Positions 42,984 to 50,996 of a stretch of 50,996 nucleotides of DNA are shown here, piece after piece. Position 1 is the stretch's first letter, and each line of letters opens with the position of its first letter. The notes below the pieces were generated by a model. It made no database searches. It was given only the letters and a program-made list of their open reading frames with translations, and was not told the origin of the DNA. Origin of the DNA: Acidimicrobiaceae bacterium (GTDB lineage: Bacteria > Actinomycetota > Acidimicrobiia > Acidimicrobiales > Bog-793); the NCBI GenBank assembly GCA_003136185.1, contig PLDN01000024.1, forward strand, positions 1-50,996, given 5' to 3'. A program made the translations under genes and the position numbers.

Positions 42984-43791
42984 AAGGTCCACTGGTAGTT
43001 ATCGAATTCACAACATTCTTCCTTATGGTTGCTGCAGTCGTCGTTCCGGTCGGTGAAAGAGCCTGAGGTGGTTACTCAACCCCCGAGATGACGCTGGCTC
43101 GGGCTTTACGTTGTGGCCTAGCGCCGGCCTAACCGCCGCCCCTTGCGCTCCGCCCTGGGTGCTCCGCGCTCCGCCCCGGCGGTGCTGGCTGGGCCGGCCG
43201 CTTGGGGCGCCGGCCCGCCGCCCGCCTGTCGTGGCGGTTGTGTGCCTCGTGTTCTGCGCCGTCCCTGGTCCCGGCGGTTCCGTCCCGCCGTGTCCGCGTT
43301 TCCCGCGCTGCTGGCGGCCTTCTCCCTCTCTCCCAACACTTTGCAGTGGCGTTAGGTGGACAGATCGGTCCTCGACGCCCGTAACCGGACGCCCGACGCG
43401 ACAGCCCTGGTAGGGCCGTGTACCCGGAGCAGCATGCGCTCGAGGGATGCTCAGCCTTCGTCCGGTCAGCCCTCTGAGCCCGCTGGTCGGTCGGCTCAGC
43501 TTGGCCGGAGCACCCCGTCCAGCCGAGTAGGGAGGCGCTGGAACGGCCGGGGTGGTACGGGGCGGGGTGGTTCCGAGGCGTTGGTACCCGGCTGGGCGCG
43601 GTCCTCGGGTCCGTCCTCCCGTCCGTCGGCGCCGTCCTCCGTCGCGTCCGGTCCGGTCTCCACACCTGTTCGCCGGTAGCCCTCAGCGTCGCCGGAGTAC
43701 CCCGTCCAGCCGGGTAGGGAGGCGCTGAAGTCATCGGGGTGGGTTCAGGTACCGGGCGGCGTGGTTGGCCTGCGCCGAACCTTCGACGCGC

Positions 43792-44016
43792 TTAGTGAGG
43801 TATCCCTGTTGCGAGCAGATAGAGGTCGACGAGTGCCATCACGCTCGTCGCCATCATGAGTACCTGCACGACGCGGGCGCGACTCGTCGCTCGCCGTCCG
43901 CCAGCACGAACCGCCGGTCGTCCCGATTGCGCTGGCGTGAGACCGGAGCCGTTCCAGTCCGGCGGCGCGGATGGCCCGCCGTCCTCAAGGCGCCAGGTCC
44001 GTTGCTCGTAGGTCAT
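43792..44016 (-). CDS. Small protein with a C-terminal TM helix
   Basis: The ATG overlaps the upstream stop (ATGA); ends VVQVLMMATSVMALVDLYLLATGIPH. Confidence 0.55.
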   Translation of the reverse strand: MTYEQRTWRLEDGGPSAPPDWNGSGLTPAQSGRPAVRAGGRRATSRARVVQVLMMATSVMALVDLYLLATGIPH

Positions 44017-45083
44017 GCCCGTGTCACCTCGTCCGCCACCTGGGCCGAGATCGCCTGGACCGAGCCAGAACCGTCGAGCAACACGAGCGCCTGGCGGGCG
44101 AGCACGAGGACCACGAGCACGAGCGCCATCAGCCAGTCCGACAACGGCAACCTGTGCCCGAGGGAGACCTCGATGGACAAGGTGCCCAGCGCGACGAGAA
44201 CTGGGAAGAAGGGCACGACGATCGACGCCATCGATGACGTCGGCACGGCGCTTGTCGGCTCGACGACCTCCTCGGCGCCAGAGGAGAAGGCGCCGAGAGC
44301 CAAGCCCAGGTAGCCGACGACCCAACCGGTGTCGACCGGGTTGCCGGTGGCGTACCGTCCGATCTCGGTCAGGTAGGTGTACGTGCTGTCGGCCAGCGCC
44401 ATGGCAACGATTCCGCCGAGCACGCTCCAGAGCGCGAAGCGATCGCCAGTCTTCATCGCTCGGATGACCAGCACGACGAGCAGGAGCATCACGACGTCCC
44501 CAAAGGGGTAGGCAACTGCCACGATGCCGCCGAGGGATGTCAGGTCTGTGTGACGCCACAGCGGGCCGAGCACGAAGGACCAGCTCACGAACAACAGCGA
44601 GGTGGCCAGAATGATCCCGTCCAGGGCTGCGCGGGTCTTCGCTTGGCGCTTCCGGCTCATGGCCGGATGCGACACGAGCGCGGCCACCGTCAACGGGATG
44701 GCCGAGAGGTAGCCGACGTCTGCCCACGAGGGGATCGGGACGGGCATGTTCAACACGACGTCGTAGACCGCCCAGATCACCTCTGCGACCGTCCAGGCCG
44801 CTGACGCCGCCGCCAGCAGCAGCCAGAAGCGACGGGTCCTGCCACGATGGATGAGACCAGCGCGTAGGCACATCACGGCGGCGACCGAGGCGGCCAACGC
44901 GGTCACCACGTCGTCGAACAACTTGACCGACGTGTGACCGCCGACGTGCCAGCCGATCCAGGCGGCGAAGATGGCGACGACGCCGATGGCACCTACGGAG
45001 CCTCGAAACCTGCGTCGGGCAAGTCGGACAGCCACCCGGCTGGGTCCCACTCCGACACCGAACTCCTGCGCGCCGACCTTCAT
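44013..45083 (-). CDS. Stand-alone multi-TM sensor-like membrane protein
   Basis: RRFWLLL, PIPSWADVGYL, ALDGII, AYPFGDV and ALADSTY are typical of N-terminal membrane domains of actinobacterial GGDEF proteins and kinases; no output domain follows. Confidence 0.72.
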   Translation of the reverse strand: MKVGAQEFGVGVGPSRVAVRLARRRFRGSVGAIGVVAIFAAWIGWHVGGHTSVKLFDDVVTALAASVAAVMCLRAGLIHRGRTRRFWLLLAAASAAWTVAEVIWAVYDVVLNMPVPIPSWADVGYLSAIPLTVAALVSHPAMSRKRQAKTRAALDGIILATSLLFVSWSFVLGPLWRHTDLTSLGGIVAVAYPFGDVVMLLLVVLVIRAMKTGDRFALWSVLGGIVAMALADSTYTYLTEIGRYATGNPVDTGWVVGYLGLALGAFSSGAEEVVEPTSAVPTSSMASIVVPFFPVLVALGTLSIEVSLGHRLPLSDWLMALVLVVLVLARQALVLLDGSGSVQAISAQVADEVTRA

Positions 45084-45445
45084 GTCACCTACATCGGCAA
45101 GGAACGCCGAGCGGCCTAGGGCCGAAGGACTCTTGTCGATTGCCTAGTGTCGCCAGCGCTCTCCGAAGCCGATCTGCTCACCCAGCACGAGCAGATCGAG
45201 GCGATGAATGAGCCGGACCTGTTCCGAGGACGAGCAAGTCGAGCGCTGGAGTCGCATCAAGAAGCTCACGCCGAGTGTTCTAAACGTCGGTCAGGCAATC
45301 TTCGTCTCGGTCACCTCGGCGTCTAGTTCCAACGACGCTGACCACCGATAGGGCAACCGGCCGCGTTGCACGGAGGCTCCCATGATCCGCTCCGGCGGAC
45401 GAAGCGTCGTTCTGGCGCGCCTCGACGTATCTTCATGGAGCCGCT

Positions 45446-46657
45446 TCAGTATGCAGGAGATCGATTGTCCGCTGGTTGCTGTGCTCCCGGGTAGACGTCT
45501 CCGATCGGGATGGAGCCGCCGAGCACCCCGAAGATCTGGCAGACAACTTTGGGCTGGTCTGCGGCTATTCGATAGAACGCCTCAAGTCTGGTCGATAGTG
45601 GCGCGAGTCTGGCCGTGCTGAGACTGAGTTCGAATCCGTTTGCAGTGAGGACATCTCGGTGGTGCTGATAGTCGGCCAGGGCGTCGTCCATGGGCCGGAG
45701 GCCTACGAGCCCATCGTGTATGGCTTCGGCTAGGAGCTCGGCGCCGACGAAGGCGTCCGACATGCCCATGCCGGTCGAGGGGTCCTTGTGGTGACCGGCG
45801 TCGCCGGCCAACGCCCAGCCCGGACCGGCCGAGGTCCGGTAGAGGTTGGGCAGGTCATCAGTGCCGACGAAGCGCTGCTCGCGCGGGGCGGATGCGACCG
45901 CGTCCCGCAGTCCCGGAACGAGATCGAGGGCGGCGTGGAAGTTGTGTTCGGCGTCCTTGCGCACTTGGCGGAACTCCTCATGGGGCCAGGCGACATAGAT
46001 ACAGGTCAGCTCGTCGTTGGTGGGCCAGACGAGGATCAGCCGGCCGGGGCGGGCATGGAAGGATGCGCCGAGACCCGTAAGTCCGCTCCAGTAGGAGTAA
46101 TAGACGCCCGTTAGAGCTCGATGCCCCCTGTAAGCGCGAGCGCCGACCGCTGTGGCGACTGCCGAGTGCAAGCCATCGGCACCCACGACGATCCGGGCCC
46201 GCAGCGATGAATTCGATGACTCGGCGTGGCCGCGGTGGTGGCCCTTGACGCCCACCACCCGACCCTCCGACCACAGCAACTCGTCAACCACGAAGCCCTC
46301 GATCAGGTCGGCACCGGACTCCACGGCCGCTTCCACCAACAGCGCGTCGAGCACGGTCCGGCGAGGGCAATAGGTGTTGGCTGCGCCTGCAACGGCGGGC
46401 CCCACACCGGACAATTGCACCGGACCGACATCGAAGGTGATCTTCCGGATCGGCGCGCAACCGCGGGCCTCCAGCCGATCGAGCAGTTCCCATTTGTGCA
46501 ACCGGGCCGCGCCCCGCTGCCACATGAAATGCGTGGACATGGTGTCGCTCGGGAACGACGCCCGGTCGATCAAGGCGACACGGTGCCCAGAGCGCGCTAG
46601 CAGCATCGCCAGCGACGCCCCGGCGCAACGGGCGCCGACAACGATCACGTCGAACAT
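45446..46657 (-). CDS. FAD-dependent oxidoreductase (geranylgeranyl reductase / aromatic hydroxylase-like)
   Basis: DVIVVGARCAGA, PRRTVLD, VVGADG, GWALAGDAGHHKDP..GMGMSDA. Confidence 0.9.
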   Translation of the reverse strand: MFDVIVVGARCAGASLAMLLARSGHRVALIDRASFPSDTMSTHFMWQRGAARLHKWELLDRLEARGCAPIRKITFDVGPVQLSGVGPAVAGAANTYCPRRTVLDALLVEAAVESGADLIEGFVVDELLWSEGRVVGVKGHHRGHAESSNSSLRARIVVGADGLHSAVATAVGARAYRGHRALTGVYYSYWSGLTGLGASFHARPGRLILVWPTNDELTCIYVAWPHEEFRQVRKDAEHNFHAALDLVPGLRDAVASAPREQRFVGTDDLPNLYRTSAGPGWALAGDAGHHKDPSTGMGMSDAFVGAELLAEAIHDGLVGLRPMDDALADYQHHRDVLTANGFELSLSTARLAPLSTRLEAFYRIAADQPKVVCQIFGVLGGSIPIGDVYPGAQQPADNRSPAY

Positions 46658-46690
46658 CTTTGCTCCTACCGGCGCAAAGAGCCGGGGTCG

Positions 46691-46918
46691 CTAGCCGACC
46701 GGCTGACCAGCGGCAAGAGCCTTCACGTCAGCGCTGCTCAAAGGATTGCCGGCTATGCCCCAGTCACCACTCTTCACTTCTTCGATCACAACCCAAGTGA
46801 CCGGGCGCATGTTCTCACCCTCGATCTCCACCATCGTGTCAGTCAGCCGACGCACCATGTCCTGCTTCTGCTCGCTCGAGAAGACACCCTCGATGACCTT
46901 GACGTTGACGAACGGCAT
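46691..46918 (-). CDS. 4-oxalocrotonate tautomerase family protein
   Basis: Catalytic N-terminal Pro: MPFVNVKVIEG..EQK..LTD..VVIEEV..WGIAG. Confidence 0.9.
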   Translation of the reverse strand: MPFVNVKVIEGVFSSEQKQDMVRRLTDTMVEIEGENMRPVTWVVIEEVKSGDWGIAGNPLSSADVKALAAGQPVG

Positions 46919-46968
46919 CGCCGAACCCCTTTCCGAAGAATCCGGCCCACCGACCGGTTCAAGGAAGG

Positions 46969-46988
46969 TAGCACGATCGTTCGTGCGA
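46969..46988. promoter_or_regulatory. Probable TetR operator, GCACGA-N4-TCGTGC
   Basis: Inverted repeat at 46971-46986 between the divergent tautomerase and TetR genes. Confidence 0.7.
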
Positions 46989-47001
46989 TACAATAGGGTT
47001 G

Positions 47002-47652
47002 ATGGCCAGACGCAACACGAGCCACGGCGCCGAGACGCGAGGCACTATCCTGCGGGCCGCAGCGGACATCGCTTCGGTCGATGGTCTGGAGGGCCTCAGC
47101 ATCGGGCGGCTGGCCAGCGAGCTCAACATGAGCAAGAGCGGCTTGTTCGCACATTTCGGCTCCAAGGAGTCTCTCCAGCTGGCCACCATCGAGGAAGCGC
47201 GCCAGCGCTACGTCCGAGAGGTGATCGCACCGGCTCTTGCTTCGGGCTCGGGCATCAAGCGCCTTTACGCGCTCTGCGAGTCATTCCTGTCTTACGTCGA
47301 GCGGGCCGTCTTCCCAGGCGGTTGTTTCTTCGCGTCCGCCATGGCCGAGTTCGACGCGAGGGCGCCCGGCCCTGTCCGCGAGCAAATAGCCGAGTGCCAG
47401 GAACAGTGGATGCTCACGCTCGAACGTGCCGCCGCCGATGCCCTCGCCAAAGAGGAGCTTCGAACCGACGCTGATCCGCGCCAACTGGCCTTCGAGCTCG
47501 AAGGGGCCCTCTTATCGGCGAACTGGTACTTCCATCTCTTCGAGGATGCTACGTACCTCGAGCGCGCCCGGCATGCGGTTCGAGCTCGGCTTTCCAGAGA
47601 GGCGACGCGCGCCGGTTTGCGCTGGCTGCCCGCCGACCCGCAAAGCGGGTGA
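47002..47652 (+). CDS. TetR/AcrR family transcriptional regulator
   Basis: ILRAAADIASVDGLEGLSIGRLASELNMSKSGLFAHFGSKESL..PGGCFF. Confidence 0.95.
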   Translation: MARRNTSHGAETRGTILRAAADIASVDGLEGLSIGRLASELNMSKSGLFAHFGSKESLQLATIEEARQRYVREVIAPALASGSGIKRLYALCESFLSYVERAVFPGGCFFASAMAEFDARAPGPVREQIAECQEQWMLTLERAAADALAKEELRTDADPRQLAFELEGALLSANWYFHLFEDATYLERARHAVRARLSREATRAGLRWLPADPQSG

Positions 47653-48109
47653 GAATACGACCGACACCCAGGCAGAATGCTCGCTCTCATGCGGAACCGA
47701 ATTCCTGTCGCCAGCATCGGAGGGACGACCGGGTGGGCAAGCGCCGAACGACAAGTAGGCGTGTGCTCGTCTCCAACTTTGTTCTGCACCCGCCGCGCCT
47801 CACCACCACGCTCGACGCGATCAGCAATGGACGGCTCAACCTTGGCCTTGGCATGGGGGCGCGTCCGTATGTCGTTCGGCGAACTCGGTGTTCGAGCGGG
47901 GACCGGCACTCGCAGACCGCTTCGAGAAGGGCCTCGACTCGCTGATCAAGCTCCTCGACGGCGAGCCGCTGCCGCTGGCTGAGGTACCGATGGCACCAGG
48001 GCGCCATTCGCCAGAGTCGGTTCTACTGTCGACACCGTGTGTGCAGGTCCCTCGACCACCCATGACGTTGTCCCGGAGAAGACTCTTGGGTGCGATTTTG
48101 AGCATGTGA
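47649..48109 (+). pseudogene. LLM-class flavin monooxygenase remnant
   Basis: Fragments TLDAISNGRLNLGLGMG and ADRFEKGLDSLIKLLDG..PCVQVPRPP in different frames. Confidence 0.6.
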
Positions 48110-48352
48110 CCGGAGTGGCCGTAAGGAGTTTCCGCAGGCACCTGCACTCCGTCGCCAAAATTGCAACGTTTGGGCTGTTCAGATGCTGTATTGCCCGGCG
48201 GGTCGCTCGATGACCTTAGGTGCTCTACCGGAACCCCCCGAGAGAGCAAGCGGTGCCGAAGCTGCCTGTCCCCGACCCAGCGTTGGTGGGCACGGTTCCG
48301 GGGGCGACTTGGGAATGTCGAGGCCGCAGTTGCGTGCCTAGGATGCGTAGGG

Positions 48353-48475
48353 ATGAACGTGATTGTCTGGCTCATACTCGTGCTCATTGTCCTCGTAATC
48401 GCGGCTGGGGCATTCGTTGTCGCTCGGCGGCGGCGACGGACAGGTGGCGTGATCGCCACCCGAGGCAAGCGATGA
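48353..48475 (+). CDS. 40-aa single-TM peptide with a polybasic tail
   Basis: MNVIVWLILVLIVLVIAAGAFVVARRRRRTGGVIATRGKR; its stop overlaps the next ATG. Confidence 0.6.
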   Translation: MNVIVWLILVLIVLVIAAGAFVVARRRRRTGGVIATRGKR

Positions 48476-49032
48476 AGCTGCTCATGACCGCTTCCCAGAT
48501 CCGCGGGCTCCCAGTCGTAACGGTCCGTGGTGGGGAGGACTTAGCAGAGGTGCGCGACGTGATCTACGACCCCGAAGCGGGTCGCCTGGTCGGCTTGACA
48601 CTCAATAAGCGGGGTTTCCTGGCCGGTCGGTGTCGCGAGGTCCTTCCGGCCGAGGCGATACATGCAGTCGGTCAGCACGCGGTCATGGTGCTAGACGAGT
48701 CCAGCCTCGTCGCCCCCGAGGACGCACCTGGCGATGTTGGACGACCCGCGACCGAGCGCAACGTTCTCGGCAACGACGTGCTGACCGAGGGAGGGACCAG
48801 CTTGGGAAAGGTCACGGACTTGGTCCTGCTGGTGGGGAGCAGCGGTGAGGTGGTTGGCTACCAGATAGATAAAGCCGGGGGTGGGCTCGGCTACATCCCG
48901 CTGCCGGCGCAAGTTTCTGTATCTGGGGTGGCGCTCGTAGTCCCCAACCTGACCGGGGATTTCGTTCAAGACGACCTCGTCGGTCTCGGGGCTGCTGTCG
49001 ACGAGTTCCGGGCCCGCTTGGGGCTCAAATGA
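48472..49032 (+). CDS. PRC-barrel domain protein (two barrels)
   Basis: ASQIRGLPVVT..GEDLAEVRDVIYD and VLGNDVLTEGGTSLGKVTDLV. Confidence 0.82.
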   Translation: MKLLMTASQIRGLPVVTVRGGEDLAEVRDVIYDPEAGRLVGLTLNKRGFLAGRCREVLPAEAIHAVGQHAVMVLDESSLVAPEDAPGDVGRPATERNVLGNDVLTEGGTSLGKVTDLVLLVGSSGEVVGYQIDKAGGGLGYIPLPAQVSVSGVALVVPNLTGDFVQDDLVGLGAAVDEFRARLGLK

Positions 49033-49481
49033 GCGAGTCGTTCCTGCGCTCCACTGGTCGCAAGGTCATCAGCAGAGCAAGCGCGAAGGAATTGGGCGCT
49101 GTCAACACTCTTCTCGTAGATGTCGAGCAGCGACGGATCGCCGCGGTGGTAATCGGGCGAGGCAAGAACGCCCACCTGGTTGAATGGGCACAGATCAGCG
49201 GGTTCGGACCGGACGCGGTCATGGTTGTGGACGAAGGCGCCCTCCGGCCGCCTGCGGATGATCGAGAAGCGGCCGCCATCGAAGGGAGACTTGAGCTCGT
49301 CGGCAAGCGCGTGCTGAGCGAGCGCGGCAACGAACTTGGCCAAATCGGTGACTTGACCTTCGACGCCCACACCGGAGCGCTAGAGGATCTCCTGATCGGC
49401 GACCTCCACGTTCCGGCGGGATCCCTGTTGGGCAGCGGTTCGTACGCTGCGGTCCTCGACAAGAGCCAGGAGCCCTCCTGA
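49029..49481 (+). CDS. PRC-barrel domain protein
   Basis: GRKVISRASAKELGAV..GPDAVMV..LVGKRVLSERGNELGQIGDL. Confidence 0.82.
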   Translation: MSESFLRSTGRKVISRASAKELGAVNTLLVDVEQRRIAAVVIGRGKNAHLVEWAQISGFGPDAVMVVDEGALRPPADDREAAAIEGRLELVGKRVLSERGNELGQIGDLTFDAHTGALEDLLIGDLHVPAGSLLGSGSYAAVLDKSQEPS

Positions 49482-49579
49482 CGAGGCATGGTCACCGAGG
49501 CCTTTGCGTCGCTCGACCGCCTTGAGAAGCAACTAGGTCGGGATTCCAGGCGCCACGCGCCAAGCGCGAACCGCTGCAG

Positions 49580-50205
49580 ACGGGCCGAGAGAGATGGTGG
49601 AGCGTCGGGATATCCTGGGGGCCGTTCATCCAGAGTGACCTGAGGGACCCGGCCCCCTGACGGTCCGGCAGCCGGCTTCGCACGGTGCCAATGCCAGGTT
49701 CGATGGGGGGTCGCCAATGGCGGATACCTGGCACGACCGATACCAACCTGCTCGGGTTGTGCGCTACCGAGAGGCCACTTCGGAGATCATCACGCAGTCG
49801 TCTGCCGGAAGGTCATCGACCACATCGACCACATCGACGGTGCGATCGCCGATCTGACGCGCGAGATCACTCGCCGGCTCGTCCCTTTTGACGCGGCTGT
49901 CACCCTGCTGTGCTCGATCACCGGAGTGTCGCAGCTGACCGCCCACGTGGATACTGACGACCGCCTGGCAACTCCGCACCACGGGCGAGATCTACGTCGA
50001 TCCCGGTGCTGACAACTTCAACACCCGCCACGATCCGGCCATTGAGGCGAAGCGGCTCCACCACCGGATCGAGGCACTCGGCTTCAGCGTCACGATCACA
50101 GACACCGCTGCCTAGCTCTCGCCTGCCGCCCACTCACGTCTGGGCACGACCCGAGCCTTGTCGCGCGCGCCCAGGCTGTAGCAAGGGGAGGGCATTTCAC
50201 CCCAG
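49580..50205 (+). mobile_element. Internally deleted IS110-family element (ends approximate)
   Basis: Fragments RGHFGDHHAVVCRKVIDHID..LLCSITGVSQLTAHV and ILTTAWQL..YVDPGADNF..KRLHHRIEALGFSVTITDTAA* (stop 50115) match the middle and C-terminus of IS110 transposases; the catalytic regions are missing. Confidence 0.75.
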
Positions 50206-50486
50206 CGGGGTGCGTGGGGATTGTGATGGCTCGGGTGGCCAGCGGATGGAATCCGAGTGGCGCGAAATAATCGTCGTTCGGGGCGGCTTCAGTGTCACGC
50301 GTGCTGACGAGCAGGGATGTCCAGATCGGACAATCGGGTGCGACCGGGACCGTGTCGGTGTGGTGCGCCCAGCTTCAGCACTTCAATCGCGCCCGGCGTC
50401 CGTGCAACTTCTTCTCGGCATCGACGTCGTAGTAGGGAGGACCTGGAGCGCCCAGGTCGCCGAGATGCCCAATCGCGATCATCAGG

Positions 50487-50996
50487 TCAACGTCGGCCAT
50501 CGGGTAATGCGACTCGATAACCCACGGCTGGATCGCTCTGCAGGAACTTTCCATCTTCGTCACCGAGCTTCCGCCTGATGCGGTAGGCGTAGACCTTGAG
50601 ATAGTGAAGTTCCTTGACATACGCCGGACCCCAGACGTGCTCGAGGATCATCCGCCGCGTGCAGACCTTGCCGGCGTTGCGGGCGAGGTACGCGAGGAAG
50701 TCGAACTCCTTCGGCGTGAGGTCGACGCTCTGGCCGTCGAAGGTCGTCTCGCGGTGGACGAGGTCGAGATGGAGAGTCCCGACGTCGAGCGTTTCGAGGT
50801 TTTCGTCGCTGGACTGCTGATGACGAAGCGCGACCCTTACGCGAGCGTCGAGCTCGCGCATGCTGAAGGGCTTGGTCATGTAGTCGTCAGCACCGTCGTC
50901 CAGCGCATCGACCTTGCGATCCTCGGAGCCGTCGGCGGACAACACGATGATCGGAACGCTGCTCCAGGTTCTGATTCGCTTGCAGACTTGAAGGCC
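50487..50996 (-). CDS. OmpR-family response regulator, KdpE-like (5' end outside the window)
   Basis: IRTWSSVPIIVLSA..KVDALDDGADDYMTKPF..LTPKEFDFL..LEHVWG..HYLKVY..IRRKL..VGYR. Confidence 0.9.
   Translation of the reverse strand, partial: GLQVCKRIRTWSSVPIIVLSADGSEDRKVDALDDGADDYMTKPFSMRELDARVRVALRHQQSSDENLETLDVGTLHLDLVHRETTFDGQSVDLTPKEFDFLAYLARNAGKVCTRRMILEHVWGPAYVKELHYLKVYAYRIRRKLGDEDGKFLQSDPAVGYRVALPDGRR

Noticed and set aside
42963-42992. Possible tRNA gene
   Set aside because: Only a distorted 3' fragment with no D or anticodon arm; reported only as a possible att remnant.
45120-45445. Possible gene remnant between the membrane protein and the FAD oxidoreductase
   Set aside because: There are short coding-like patches but no family I can identify.

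Overview
High-GC actinobacterial DNA, probably Acidimicrobiia-like (an inference from gene types). From about 0.7 to 42.2 kb the window is a partly decaying redox, nitrate-respiration and nitrosative/oxidative-stress island. It carries narGHJI followed by a SLAC1/TDT anion channel (no narK in the window), aceE, acnA, metE, alkA, sufB and ctaA. It also has hemerythrin, DUF2249, DUF59 and DUF488 proteins, thiol peroxidases, msrA, and many frameshifted or deleted genes (ndh, cbiD, folD, osmC, sufC, ctaB, DUF488). The main hidden signal is a palindrome, TA-N2-TCTAG-N6-CTAGA-N2-TA, found in about 10 intergenic copies ahead of most transcription units of the island. One copy lies directly upstream of a SufR/ArnR-like three-Cys HTH regulator (41458-42132), which points to an apparently undescribed autoregulated Fe-S/NO/O2-sensing regulon. 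The window also holds an orphan cobalamin riboswitch, an IS481-like remnant at the left edge, a TetR/tautomerase/FAD-oxidoreductase module, PRC-barrel genes, an internally deleted IS110 and a partial KdpE-like regulator. All calls come from reading sequence motifs; no database searches were run.
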